This document shows positions 18,992 to 28,788 of a DNA stretch of 64,000 nt, in pieces. The notes below the pieces were generated by a model. It saw only the letters and a list, made by a program, of their open reading frames with translations, did not search any database and was not told where the DNA came from. Positions within the stretch are counted from its first letter, which is position 1; each line of letters starts with the position of its first letter. The DNA is from Spirochaetota bacterium. GTDB taxonomy: Bacteria > Spirochaetota > UBA4802 > UBA5550. Location: contig OY760686.1 of NCBI GenBank assembly GCA_963663865.1, positions 1,792,001-1,856,000 of the forward strand. The letters run 5' to 3'. Made by a program: the position numbers and the translations under genes.

Positions 18992-21132
18992 TAGACACTG
19001 AAAAGGAAAGATATGCCTCGAAGATATCCTCGGAAAGCGGCATCCCTCTCCGGGGGGCGGCAGCAGTTATTGAGCTTCTTGATTCTGACGCCACAGTTCC
19101 TTTTATCGCACGCTACCGCAAGGAGGCAACCGGTAGCCTTGACGAAGTGGCGGTTGCGCTCATAAGGGACAGGCTTGCCGAACTCAGGGAGCTCGACGCG
19201 CGTAAAGACTACATCATCAAATCACTTGAGAAGAACGGCCATCTGAACGACGAGCTGGAAGCAGCTGTGATGTCAGCAGACACTATGAACGAGCTTGAAG
19301 ACATATATCTGCCATACAGGCCCAGGAGACGTACAAGGGCCCAGATTGCGAGAGAGAAGGGGCTTCAGCCCCTGGCGGAAATTATTTTTGAACAGGGCGG
19401 CGCCGATCCAGTATCAGCCGCTTCTGATTACATTAACAGCGAGCTCGGTGTGGAAGACGCGGAACAGGCGCTGGCCGGAGCTTCAGATATTATCGCCGAA
19501 ATGGTGAGCGAGAACAGCGAGGCGAGGGCCGCCATGCGTGATCTGTATGCGCGTGAATCGAACTTCTCATGCTCTGTAATATCCGGCAAGGAAGAGGAGG
19601 GCCAGAAGTTCAAAGACTACTTCGAATGGAATGAGCCGATCAGCAAAGCCCCGTCGCACAGAATTCTCGCTGTAATGAGGGGAGAATCTGAGGGTATACT
19701 TTCAGTAAAGATAAATCCGGATGAGGATTCCTCATTGAGAATACTGGAGGGTATGTTCGTCAGGGGAAACAGGGCAGACAGCGAATTTGTAAGAAGCGCG
19801 GTCAGCGACAGCTACCGTAGACTGCTTGGCCCCTCTATGGAAAACGAGGCAAGAGCTGTCTGCAAAATGAAGGCTGACGCCGAAGCTGTCCGTGTATTCG
19901 CGACAAACCTCAGAGAGCTGCTGCTTGCTGCCCCGCTCGGCGGCAGGGCCGTAATGGGAATAGACCCGGGTTTCAGGACGGGGTGTAAAGTAGTGTGTCT
20001 TGACCCGCAGGGCAAGCTCCTCTCATACGACACTGTTTTCCCGGGAATGAACCAGCAGCGTGACGCTGAAGCCGTTAGGAAGCTTACAATACTTGCTGAA
20101 AAACATGGGATTGAGGCTATAGCCGTGGGAAACGGTACGGCTGGACGTGAAACTGAAGCCTTTGTTCGCGGAATTGATTTTGGTAGAAATATTATCATTA
20201 CTCAGGTCAATGAAAGCGGTGCGTCAATTTATTCCGCTTCAGAGGCTGCCCGCGAGGAGTTCCCCGATCTTGACCTGACTGTGCGGGGCGCGGTTTCAAT
20301 AGCGAGACGCTTAATGGACCCTCTGGCTGAACTTGTTAAGATTGATCCCAGGTCGATAGGCGTTGGGCAGTACCAGCATGACGTAAATCAATCATTGCTA
20401 AAACAGACTCTCGATGATACGGTCATCAGCTGCGTTAATGCTGTCGGGGTCGATGTTAACCGGGCGAGCGCAAGGCTTCTAACATACGTGTCAGGTCTTG
20501 GACCTGAGCTCGCCGCTAACATAATCAGATACAGGGATGATAACGGGCCTTTTCGAAATAGAAATGAGCTGAAAAAAGTAAAGAGGCTCGGCCCTAAGGC
20601 CTTTGAACAGTGCGCCGGATTTCTCAGAATTACTGACGGAGACAACATACTTGATTCAAGCGCGGTCCACCCGGAGAGCTATCATATCGTTGAAAGAATG
20701 GCCGCAGACATGAATTGCAGCGTTCTTGATATGATTAAAAAGGATTCGGTCAGAAAGGGCATATCAATAAAAAATTATGTCGATGAGAAAATCGGACTGC
20801 CCACGCTTACAGACATTATGAATGAGCTGGTCAAACCGGGCCGCGATCCGAGAAGCGAGTTTAGCGTCTTTCAGTTCGCTGAGGGCGTAAATCAGATCGG
20901 CGATCTTGAAAAGGGGATGGTCCTTCCCGGTATAGTAACCAATGTCACTGCTTTCGGCGCGTTTGTTGATGTCGGGGTCCATCAGGACGGGCTGGTTCAT
21001 GTAAGCGAGCTTGCCGACACTTTTGTAAAGGATCCATCTTCCATTGTGAAGGTGCATCAGAGGGTGAGTGTCAGGATTTTAGATGTTGACATTAACCGCA
21101 AAAGAATATCATTATCTATGAAAACCAAATAA
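18988..21132 (+). CDS. tex: Tex-family RNA-binding transcription accessory protein
   Basis: ATVPFIARYRKEATG, GIDPGFRTGCK, SIGVGQYQHDV, C-terminal S1 domain (NVTAFGAFVDVGVHQDGLVHVS). Confidence 0.93.
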   Translation: MIDTEKERYASKISSESGIPLRGAAAVIELLDSDATVPFIARYRKEATGSLDEVAVALIRDRLAELRELDARKDYIIKSLEKNGHLNDELEAAVMSADTMNELEDIYLPYRPRRRTRAQIAREKGLQPLAEIIFEQGGADPVSAASDYINSELGVEDAEQALAGASDIIAEMVSENSEARAAMRDLYARESNFSCSVISGKEEEGQKFKDYFEWNEPISKAPSHRILAVMRGESEGILSVKINPDEDSSLRILEGMFVRGNRADSEFVRSAVSDSYRRLLGPSMENEARAVCKMKADAEAVRVFATNLRELLLAAPLGGRAVMGIDPGFRTGCKVVCLDPQGKLLSYDTVFPGMNQQRDAEAVRKLTILAEKHGIEAIAVGNGTAGRETEAFVRGIDFGRNIIITQVNESGASIYSASEAAREEFPDLDLTVRGAVSIARRLMDPLAELVKIDPRSIGVGQYQHDVNQSLLKQTLDDTVISCVNAVGVDVNRASARLLTYVSGLGPELAANIIRYRDDNGPFRNRNELKKVKRLGPKAFEQCAGFLRITDGDNILDSSAVHPESYHIVERMAADMNCSVLDMIKKDSVRKGISIKNYVDEKIGLPTLTDIMNELVKPGRDPRSEFSVFQFAEGVNQIGDLEKGMVLPGIVTNVTAFGAFVDVGVHQDGLVHVSELADTFVKDPSSIVKVHQRVSVRILDVDINRKRISLSMKTK

Positions 21133-21153
21133 TTCTTTTCTTCTGGAGGGAAT

Positions 21154-21414
21154 ATGCATATTCAGTCTCTGCTGCTTTTTCTGCTGATAGGAGCCATAGC
21201 TGGATGGCTTTCCGGCCTTATTACAAGGGGAGGCGGCTTCGGAATCGTGTGGAATGTCATCATCGGAACGATTGGCGCCCTCATCGGCGGTTTTCTGTTT
21301 AAGTTCTTTGAGATAAGGGTCAGCGGATTCATCGGTTCGCTTATTACAGCCACAGCCGGCGCGATTATTCTGCTCATGCTGATAGGGCTGATGCTGAAGA
21401 AGAGAAGGCGCTGA
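21154..21414 (+). CDS. GlsB/YeaQ/YmgE (transglycosylase-associated) membrane protein
   Basis: LLIGAIAGWLSGLI...GIVWNVIIGTIGALIGG...ATAGAIILL; GGAGGG RBS. Confidence 0.85.
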   Translation: MHIQSLLLFLLIGAIAGWLSGLITRGGGFGIVWNVIIGTIGALIGGFLFKFFEIRVSGFIGSLITATAGAIILLMLIGLMLKKRRR

Positions 21415-21467
21415 CCTTTCGCTGATATTATAATCCGCCATATATGGCGGTTCGGATTAGAGGGGAA

Positions 21468-21872
21468 ATGAAGCATAAAGGTTCATGTCTTTGCGGTATT
21501 ATACAATATGAGATAACAGGGATATTTGAAGATTTCTTTTTCTGTCACTGTAAATCATGTCGTAAAGATACTGGTTCAGCTCATGCTGCAAATCTTTTTT
21601 CCAAAACAGCAAAATTAAAGTGGTTGAGTGGAGCGGAAGAAATAAAAACATATAACCATAATAATTCAGGTCACATAAAGAGCTTTTGTCCTATCTGCAG
21701 TTCCGCACTGCCAAATATTCAAATGAATGGTAAACTATTAGTTGTACCTGCGGGAAGTCTGGATACAGATATTGATATAATTCCTACTGGTCATATCTAT
21801 TTGAATGAAAAAGCCAACTGGGATGACAATCTCGAAAAGTATCCACATTATGATGAGTTACCTGCAGAATAG
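21468..21872 (+). CDS. GFA/CENP-V family Zn-binding protein
   Basis: HKGSCLCG, CHCKSCRK, SFCPICSS motifs; AT-rich codon usage. Start ATG21468. Confidence 0.85.
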   Translation: MKHKGSCLCGIIQYEITGIFEDFFFCHCKSCRKDTGSAHAANLFSKTAKLKWLSGAEEIKTYNHNNSGHIKSFCPICSSALPNIQMNGKLLVVPAGSLDTDIDIIPTGHIYLNEKANWDDNLEKYPHYDELPAE

Positions 21873-21929
21873 AATGTGTAGAAGTTCTAAACTAACCGGG
21901 ATTTCGAACTCCCTCATAATCAGGAAATT

Positions 21930-22058
21930 TGTAGCCTCCATTAGGAGGTAAATATGAAATATTCGAAAGGATTTAAAAGAAACGTAGTAAGAAAGTTGCT
22001 TAAACCGAACCCGCCAACGGTTCAGGAGTCCCTCTATGTCAACATAGATGTCGCCTAA
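21930..22058 (+). mobile_element. IS3-family remnant 1 (possible left end plus truncated orfA)
   Basis: TGTAGC..., GGAGG RBS, then ATG21954 MKYSKGFKRNVVRKLLKPNPPTVQE (HTH_Tnp_1-like start); stops after 34 aa. Confidence 0.55.
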
Positions 22059-22217
22059 AATATTTAGGAGAAAGCTATGAAATACAGTCGAAGGATGAAA
22101 GAATCAGTATTGCGGAAGGTATTGCCTCCTGAGAATCGGAGTGTTCCTGATGTAGCCACAGAAATGGGTATATCAGACCAGACAATTTATAACTGGAAAC
22201 AATTCCCATTTGAGTGA
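22049..22217 (+). mobile_element. IS3-family remnant 2 (possible left end plus truncated orfA)
   Basis: TGTCGCC..., AGGAG RBS, ATG22077 MKYSRRMKESVLRKVLPPENRSVPDVATEMGISDQTIYNWKQ (HTH_Tnp_1 helix-turn-helix); stops at 46 aa with no DDE domain. Confidence 0.72.
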
Positions 22218-22389
22218 AGCTAAACACACAACGGAAAACAAATACTCAGAACTTGATAGAGCCTCACTCGACATTGTTAGAATGATAGATGAAAAAGCTG
22301 CAAAAAAAATGAGGTGTTCAGATATAAAATCAATTCGAATCAGATTGTAATGATTTGTTTTTAAATGAAAAATATTTTTTGGAGGGTTT

Positions 22390-22728
22390 ATGAAAGTATT
22401 GTATTTATCGATTGTGTCGCTCGCTTTAATCACATCCTGTTCCGGTGTTGTTGATGTTACCTGCAGCGGTCATGTTTATGATGAAGAAACAGCTGCCCCT
22501 CTACAGGGAGTAGAAGTTACTTTAGATGGGCATGATATTGTTACATTGTACACCGATGAATCAGGCTACTTTAAAGGAAAAGGCCATGCAATAACAGATT
22601 ATGTAAATAATGAAATATTAACTCTATATTTTAATAAAAACGGTTATCAACAAGCAATGATAGATATCATGGATTCTGGTGATAAAAAAACTGGTCTGGA
22701 AGTGTATCTGTACCCGTATTCATATTGA
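22390..22728 (+). CDS. Small lipoprotein with carboxypeptidase-regulatory-like beta-sandwich
   Basis: Lipobox LALITSC; SGHVYDEETAAPLQGVEVTL...YTDESGYF pattern; GGAGG RBS. Confidence 0.7.
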   Translation: MKVLYLSIVSLALITSCSGVVDVTCSGHVYDEETAAPLQGVEVTLDGHDIVTLYTDESGYFKGKGHAITDYVNNEILTLYFNKNGYQQAMIDIMDSGDKKTGLEVYLYPYSY

Positions 22729-22804
22729 AGATTTAAACATAAAAATTTAAAAATAAGCCCTGGTACCGGTTATTCTTTATTTCGGAAGCTGTTAGATTCT
22801 TTGC

Positions 22805-22870
22805 TGTCAACACCGATTGTCAACTTGAATAGATTTTGCCGCTTTTCACCGATTTAAATTTGCCGGTTTT
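22805..22870 (+). mobile_element. Possible IS21-family terminal-repeat remnant
   Basis: TGTCAACACCGATT, a second TGTCAAC, then tandem imperfect repeats GAATAGATTTTGCCG / CACCGATTTAAATTTGCCG, as in IS21 ends. No istA/istB follows. Confidence 0.45.
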
Positions 22871-23032
22871 GTGCAAAAGCCCCTTGATGACTTTGGGGAG
22901 AGCATAGCTAATTCAGTTACCGAAGGGCGCTATGTCTTAGATGAAAACCTGGAACAGACAATCTCAGAAGAAAGAATCCAGAATTCGTAAGTAGTGGGGC
23001 TGTCCTGGAAGTGGGAAGTACGTGGATTACAA

Positions 23033-24214
23033 TTAAAGGTATAGGACAGCCCCGGCAGAGATGGTGTAGCCTGAAAGCTCGGTGTTGAACGATGACCCTC
23101 TGCCGGTTTTAGTGATCCAGGAATCGTTAAAGACGTTAAAGACCCACGTGTATCCGGCAGAAAAAAACCACGAAACCGGGGAGGTGTACCTGTAAAGCAG
23201 GTCGACTGTAAAACCCGCGAAGGGTGAAGCGAAGGAATCGCTGACCTTCCCGCTGTTATCAGTCGGTAGAGGTTCTGCGAACAGGCTTGTGTTGATATGC
23301 CTGTAATTGTAACTCATGGAGAGATATCCCCCTTTTACTACCGGCCTGAAATAAAACTCGCTAAACGCTCTTATAATGTAGCCATATCCTATTGCGAACG
23401 ACGATGTGTATGTGTTTTTTATTTCAGATGAAATCTCATAGTTGCTTCCGTTGTGTTCGTATAGGGCGGAATCGTAGGAATACCATCCGCTGAATGGAGA
23501 ACGGATGTTGAATTCAGCTATAATGCTGTGATTCATCAGGACGTCGCAGATTAGACTCAGGCCTAAACCGTACTCATTTGATGCCGAAGGATTCTTATCG
23601 TAATTGAACAGCGACATCGAACCTGAAAATCGGATATAGGGCGTCCGGTAGTCGGGAGAATAGTTATCGATAAGGTACTGTTTGGAGGCCTCCGAGGCCT
23701 CAAGGAATGCAATCGTTTTATCAGAGTTGTAAAGTTGCGAGCCGGTTTTTGTGTCGTCGGCACGCAGAGCTATGGCTATTATATTTTTGTCCCTGGATAT
23801 TCTGCCGTATATTACAGCTGAAGCACCCGCGAGCGCACCCGCATGAGGAGCGAGCTTCGATGAAAACATGCCCTTATCGAAGATGTCCGGAAGGTCGAGT
23901 ATCTCTTCAAGAAGGCCTTCATCTGCGAGCTTAAAGTACCCGGCTGATTGTATTTTTTCTCGTAGAATTTCCCTCATAGCGGTAGCGACATTCCGCTCCT
24001 CTCTGGTCACTGCGCCTTCAATTGCTGCTATAGCTAGGACAGAGTTCTGTTTCAGGTTGTTTCGAAGAGTTTGTTCAGCAGCTGAAGCCTCATTGCTGAG
24101 AAATTTAACCATTATATTGGGTAGAGCCTTATCTCTTGTTTGATCTGCATATAATGTCTGTGGAACGGAGTTTGTCATTGCTGAAAAAAGAAGAAGCGGA
24201 AGAAAGAGTTTCAT
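23033..24214 (-). CDS. Secreted protein with CsgG/FlgO-like domain and C-terminal beta-barrel-like domain
   Basis: Signal peptide; LAIAAIE...GYFKLADEGLLEEIL...[15 protein letters not shown]...DTKTG (CsgG/TolB-N-like); amphipathic strands ending YTISAGAVLYL. Confidence 0.6.
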   Translation of the reverse strand: MKLFLPLLLFSAMTNSVPQTLYADQTRDKALPNIMVKFLSNEASAAEQTLRNNLKQNSVLAIAAIEGAVTREERNVATAMREILREKIQSAGYFKLADEGLLEEILDLPDIFDKGMFSSKLAPHAGALAGASAVIYGRISRDKNIIAIALRADDTKTGSQLYNSDKTIAFLEASEASKQYLIDNYSPDYRTPYIRFSGSMSLFNYDKNPSASNEYGLGLSLICDVLMNHSIIAEFNIRSPFSGWYSYDSALYEHNGSNYEISSEIKNTYTSSFAIGYGYIIRAFSEFYFRPVVKGGYLSMSYNYRHINTSLFAEPLPTDNSGKVSDSFASPFAGFTVDLLYRYTSPVSWFFSAGYTWVFNVFNDSWITKTGRGSSFNTELSGYTISAGAVLYL

Positions 24215-24259
24215 TATCAATCCTTTTTTTACCAGATATTGTTCACTTTAAAATCTTAA

Positions 24260-26080
24260 TCAGGGAACAAGTTCCCATGAAATCTCAGTTTCCTCAGCGC
24301 CATTTTGGCTGACATAGTAGCATCCGCCGGCAGGCTTAGCGCTCCTTATCACGATGTCGTACCGGACAGTTCCCTGGTAGACTGTGTGTTCTGAACCCTG
24401 GCTGTCTGTATATATTGCAGCAGCTTCAATGACACCGGCAAGATCGCCGTTTTTCGACATGTTGGAATTTGTGGCATTGCTCCCCATGAGGTGGAAATAA
24501 AAGTCACAGTAATCGCTGTATGTACAGGTTCCTATTCCTCCGAGTCCATCCATAACGACTTTGTAGTTGGCCGTGCCGGATACATTTCCGTCGGCCTTTA
24601 CATTGGCGCCCAGAGACTGGGTGCTCTCCATCTCAAAACCAAGCATTGCTTCCCATTTTTCCTGTGATTTGAGTATTTCCTTTTGATATTCGAGCATGAA
24701 TTCGAGGTCAGAGATGGTTCTGTAGCCCCAGGTTGCATTGCTGGAGATTCCCTTTGAGTCGTCCGAACCGTAGGGTACAACAAGGTATATAAAAATTCCC
24801 GGCGGAACTGATTCATCGGTGAAGGTAAGTTCGGATTCATCTGTACCGCCGGCTGTTACAGCTTTCTCGCCGGTAATTGAGTAATCGGAGCTTCCATAAG
24901 GCGCTCTTAGCACCTGATAGTATTCCGCTCCCGATACGGCGTCCCAGGCAACAGTCACGGAATTGGGCGAACTGCCCCTTGAAGCTGTTATGCCTTCTGG
25001 CGCGGTGGGGCCGTCGCTAGCATAACCTGATACGGTATCCGTAAGCAGCTTCTCGTACCCTTCAGTGCTGATTGCCCTGACACGGTAAAAGTAGTCAGGC
25101 CCAATATCAATATCAGAATCTTCAATATACATGGACGATGTTACTCCGAATGGTGAAACTGAAGGTGTTTGTTCCCCGCCGTTATCGCCATTGTCCGGCT
25201 CTTCCAGAACTTCTTCAGGTTCTTCGGAGTTTTCATCTTCAACCCTGTAGTCTTCTGGATTTCCTGTGTATTCAGAACTACTGATTTTTTGTAGGCCCTC
25301 GCTGTTTATTATTACAACCTCATCCTGTGATGTTCCACTGAAAAGCAGTAGTCCTATCGGGCTATTGGATGACAGCGCGAGCGAACTCTCATTTCTCAGG
25401 CAGATGACTCCATTGGATTTGATTTCTACGAATGATTCGCCTGATGCCGTACAGACCTCTTTGCCTGCAGCTGAGTTGATTGCATCTGCTATTTCAGACT
25501 GATTGTATCTGTTGATGTCAAACCATCTCCCGCCGGAAAAGGATACACTAAAGCTATAGTCCTCAAAATCAATACCTATTGAAGCAGTTTGCCATACGGT
25601 TACATAAACTCCGTCACCGCTAAGGTCAACATCAGAGGTGAAACATATTTCAGAAGTTGCGGGCTCCATGGTGCTATCATCCTGCGGGAGTTCACTTTCA
25701 GTTGCATCGGACTCAGTTTCGCTGTCAGTGATCTCACCCGGTTTAGGATAGACGCTGTTTTGTATGTACGCTTCAGGAGAATCCGCTGAAATCTCTGCGA
25801 AAGGAAGAAACTCTCCGTCCTTGCCGTCAGATGAGCGGTAGATAATGTACGAAGCGGCAAAAGGAATATCTGCCCACGATAAAACGATTCTATCCTTAAA
25901 GAGACCCTTTGTGGCATATATTCCTGCGGAGCTCTCGTTTTCAGGTAGTGTGTTGAGGCCGATGTCGCCTGAGCAGGATGTTGCGAATGAAGCAAGGCAG
26001 AATAGTAAAAGAGCCGCGGCTGGCCTTATTAAATAGCCAGATATGCGTAGACGTAGAATTGACAGAGCACTACAGAGCAT
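24260..26080 (-). CDS. Fibronectin type III-like lipoprotein
   Basis: Lipobox SFATSC; IYATKGLFKDRIVLSW...YIIYRS, YFYRVRA, APEGITASRG...VTVAWDAVSGAEYYQVLR; acidic linkers. Start ATG26080 behind GGAGG. Confidence 0.7.
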   Translation of the reverse strand: MLCSALSILRLRISGYLIRPAAALLLFCLASFATSCSGDIGLNTLPENESSAGIYATKGLFKDRIVLSWADIPFAASYIIYRSSDGKDGEFLPFAEISADSPEAYIQNSVYPKPGEITDSETESDATESELPQDDSTMEPATSEICFTSDVDLSGDGVYVTVWQTASIGIDFEDYSFSVSFSGGRWFDINRYNQSEIADAINSAAGKEVCTASGESFVEIKSNGVICLRNESSLALSSNSPIGLLLFSGTSQDEVVIINSEGLQKISSSEYTGNPEDYRVEDENSEEPEEVLEEPDNGDNGGEQTPSVSPFGVTSSMYIEDSDIDIGPDYFYRVRAISTEGYEKLLTDTVSGYASDGPTAPEGITASRGSSPNSVTVAWDAVSGAEYYQVLRAPYGSSDYSITGEKAVTAGGTDESELTFTDESVPPGIFIYLVVPYGSDDSKGISSNATWGYRTISDLEFMLEYQKEILKSQEKWEAMLGFEMESTQSLGANVKADGNVSGTANYKVVMDGLGGIGTCTYSDYCDFYFHLMGSNATNSNMSKNGDLAGVIEAAAIYTDSQGSEHTVYQGTVRYDIVIRSAKPAGGCYYVSQNGAEETEISWELVP

Positions 26081-26225
26081 TATTGCCTCCGGAGATTCCG
26101 TAATTGTATAGAATTCCATAGAAAATTAATTCTGTACATTACACCTTGATAATGTCAATATATTTTTAATAATATTTTAATGAGCAAAAAGGGGTGTTTC
26201 CCGCGAGGGATTTTTGTCATGTAAA

Positions 26226-27431
26226 CTAAGAAAGCCCAAACGGTTTCAGGGCCCTTTCCAGAATGCCGTGCATGTAGGCAATTATCATGCCGTAATTCGT
26301 AATGGGCACATTCTGTCCGCGCGCGTCCGCAATGCGGCTGAGTATCGAGCGCCTGTTGACCATGCAGCCGCCGCATTGGATTATAAGAGAATAGGGCGAC
26401 AGGTCCTGCGGATAGTCGCGGCCTGATACGGAATCGAATATGAGATTGCGGCCGGTATAGCTTGTAAGCCATCGCGGAATCTTGACGCGTCCGATATCGT
26501 CGGCAATCGCGTGATGAGAGCACTGTTCTGAGATGAGAATGCGGTCATTATCTTTAAGCCTGTCTATAGCCTTGAGCCCATCGGCATAGGCGGCGAGATC
26601 GCCCTTCTGCCGCGCGAAAAGAATTGAAAAGGACGTCATGGGAATATCTCCCGGGGTGTCCGCGTCAACCTTCAGAAAAGCCTGAGAATCAGTGACGACG
26701 AGCGAGGGCTTATCCCTGAGAACATTGGAATATATATACGAAAGCTCTCGCTCCTTGACAACTACAGCGTTCGCATCGCAGTCCAGAATCTCTCTTATTG
26801 TCTGAACCTGGGGCAGTATCAGCCGGCCCTTCGGTGCTTCCTTGTCGATAGGTACCACGAGGACGATGGTCTGCCCTGAGCTGATCAGATCGGCAAGTAT
26901 TGGCGGGTCAGGAATCTCTTTGCCCAGATTTTCAGCGAGGGAGTTTTTCAGCTCTTCAATCCCGGTTTTATGCAGGGCGGATACGCTGTAGGCAGGGACT
27001 GAATATTTGCGTGTAAGATTGCCTGACAGCTGTACATCGGCTTCAGCCTCGTCTGCCTTGTTGAAAATGAGAGCCCATTTTATACCACTCTTCATAATGC
27101 TTTCAGCGAGCCCTTCCTCGAACTCACCGAACTGATTTCCGGAGATAACGAGAAGAGCGAGATCGGTCCTTTTAAGGGCCTCTTTTGTTTTCAGAATACG
27201 TTTTTGGCCAAGCTCGCCCGTATCGTCTATACCGGCCGTATCAATGAAGAGAACCGGCCCGAAAGGCTGCAGCTCGTATGCCTTTTCCACCGGGTCGGTT
27301 GTTGTACCGGGAACATCGGAAACAATCGCAAGATCCTGTCCGAGCATCGCGTTAATCAGCGAGGACTTGCCCGCGTTTCTGCGGCCGTAAACTCCTATGT
27401 GAAGGCGGTTTCCCTTTGGTGTTTCATTCAT
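26226..27431 (-). CDS. hydF: [FeFe]-hydrogenase maturation GTPase HydF
   Basis: GRRNAGKSS, PGTTTDPV, DTAG, NKAD, APKGRLILPQVQ, CSHH...QCGGC. Start ATG27431 overlaps the aspA stop. Confidence 0.95.
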   Translation of the reverse strand: MNETPKGNRLHIGVYGRRNAGKSSLINAMLGQDLAIVSDVPGTTTDPVEKAYELQPFGPVLFIDTAGIDDTGELGQKRILKTKEALKRTDLALLVISGNQFGEFEEGLAESIMKSGIKWALIFNKADEAEADVQLSGNLTRKYSVPAYSVSALHKTGIEELKNSLAENLGKEIPDPPILADLISSGQTIVLVVPIDKEAPKGRLILPQVQTIREILDCDANAVVVKERELSYIYSNVLRDKPSLVVTDSQAFLKVDADTPGDIPMTSFSILFARQKGDLAAYADGLKAIDRLKDNDRILISEQCSHHAIADDIGRVKIPRWLTSYTGRNLIFDSVSGRDYPQDLSPYSLIIQCGGCMVNRRSILSRIADARGQNVPITNYGMIIAYMHGILERALKPFGLS

Positions 27432-28788
27432 CTCTGTATCCCATTGCGCAGATATTTTCAGGTTTAAGCATAGTATCAATTTCAGCGGGGGTGGCGGCAT
27501 TCAGCTCAGAGGCGGCTGTTTTCAGGTCGGCGCCGGTATCCGCCATGTGACGAGCGACGGCAGAGGCCTTTTCGTGTCCTGTGACGGGGATTAGGATAGC
27601 TGCAGTTGAGGGAGATATAAGCAGGTTCCTGGCGCATAGAGCTCTATCCGCCGATAAAGCTGAAACGCATTTTTTGGTAAAAAGCTCAACTGCCTGTGTC
27701 ATAATGTCTGTCGACTCAAGCATCATCTGACCGGCAAGCGGAAGGAAGGCGTTTAGCTCAAGTTCTCCTGACGAAAAGCAAAGCGAAGCGGTGAGTTCAT
27801 TGCCGAATACCTTTTTCGCAACTGAGCTGACCATCTCGGGAATAACCGGGTTAAACTTTCCGGGCATAATACTTGAACCCATCTGCACAGGCGGAAGAAC
27901 GATCTCGCCGATAGAAGCCATATACCTCAGGTCATTCGCTATCTTTTCAAGGTTTACAGCGGAGGTCTTGATCATGCCGAAGGCCTCCTGCAGCTGGTCG
28001 TGATTTTGCGTCGCGTCGGTCATGTTCTCAGCGCGTGAAAGCGGCAGTCCCGTAATTTCGGCGAGCTTTCTTGATACCGAGAGAATATATTTTCTGGGCG
28101 CCGCTGTTCCGGAGCCGATTGCAGTTCCGCCCAGATTGATCTGCCGTATTCGTTCGCGGCTTTTAAACACCCGCCATCGATCCCTTGAAACGGCTTCGGC
28201 GTATGCCGAGAACTCTCTCCCAAGCGTGGTCGGGACAGCCGGCATGAGCTCTGTCCGGCCGATTTTTACAACGTCGGCTAACTCTCTCTCTTTCTGCTGA
28301 AGGCCGAGCTGAAGTCCGTTAACAGCGTTTTCAAGCCTTTCCAGTCCCCGGTACACCGCAATCTTGAGCGCGGTCGGATAGACATCGTTTGTTGATTGGT
28401 GAAGATTTACATGTTCAAGGGGGTGAACGGGCTTTCCGGATTTCAGGGAAGCGAGGCTTGCAATGATTTCATTGATGTTCATGTTCGAGCTTGTGCCGGC
28501 GCCACCCTGCATGGGGTCAACGATGAAGTGCTCGATATGCAGTCCGTCCGCGCATTCCTCGCAGGCGGAGACCAGGGCCGTGCCGATATTCGGCTCAAGA
28601 TAACCCAGCTCAGTGTTAACAAGAGCGCAGGAGAGCTTAACCTGCGCCAGGGCCTTAAACAGATCAGGATATACTGGAAGCCCCGAGCGGGGGAAATTGC
28701 TATATGCCCTGAACGCATTTATCCCGTAGAGCGCATCGGCCGGAAGCTCTACTGCTCCGATGCTGTCAGTTTCTCTGCGTCCTGTCAT
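27424..28788 (-). CDS. aspA: Aspartate ammonia-lyase-like protein (fumarase/aspartase superfamily)
   Basis: QGGAGTSSNMN, HQSTNDVYPT, GSSIMPGKFNPVIPE signature, GELELNAFLP. Confidence 0.85.
   Translation of the reverse strand: MTGRRETDSIGAVELPADALYGINAFRAYSNFPRSGLPVYPDLFKALAQVKLSCALVNTELGYLEPNIGTALVSACEECADGLHIEHFIVDPMQGGAGTSSNMNINEIIASLASLKSGKPVHPLEHVNLHQSTNDVYPTALKIAVYRGLERLENAVNGLQLGLQQKERELADVVKIGRTELMPAVPTTLGREFSAYAEAVSRDRWRVFKSRERIRQINLGGTAIGSGTAAPRKYILSVSRKLAEITGLPLSRAENMTDATQNHDQLQEAFGMIKTSAVNLEKIANDLRYMASIGEIVLPPVQMGSSIMPGKFNPVIPEMVSSVAKKVFGNELTASLCFSSGELELNAFLPLAGQMMLESTDIMTQAVELFTKKCVSALSADRALCARNLLISPSTAAILIPVTGHEKASAVARHMADTGADLKTAASELNAATPAEIDTMLKPENICAMGYRDE

Noticed and set aside
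21425-21465. Hairpin before the GFA gene as an integron attC site
   Set aside because: Only ~35 nt long, lacks proper RYYYAAC/GTTRRRY boxes, and has no second copy or integrase nearby.
22173-22433. 86-aa minus-strand ORF
   Set aside because: Overlaps the IS remnant and the lipoprotein start, and has no motif or RBS; probably spurious.
27432-27500. N-terminal extensions in the ORF track for hydF, and likewise RND, rex, hydA, cysK and hpt
   Set aside because: Downstream starts have an RBS or stop-start overlap and match family N-termini.
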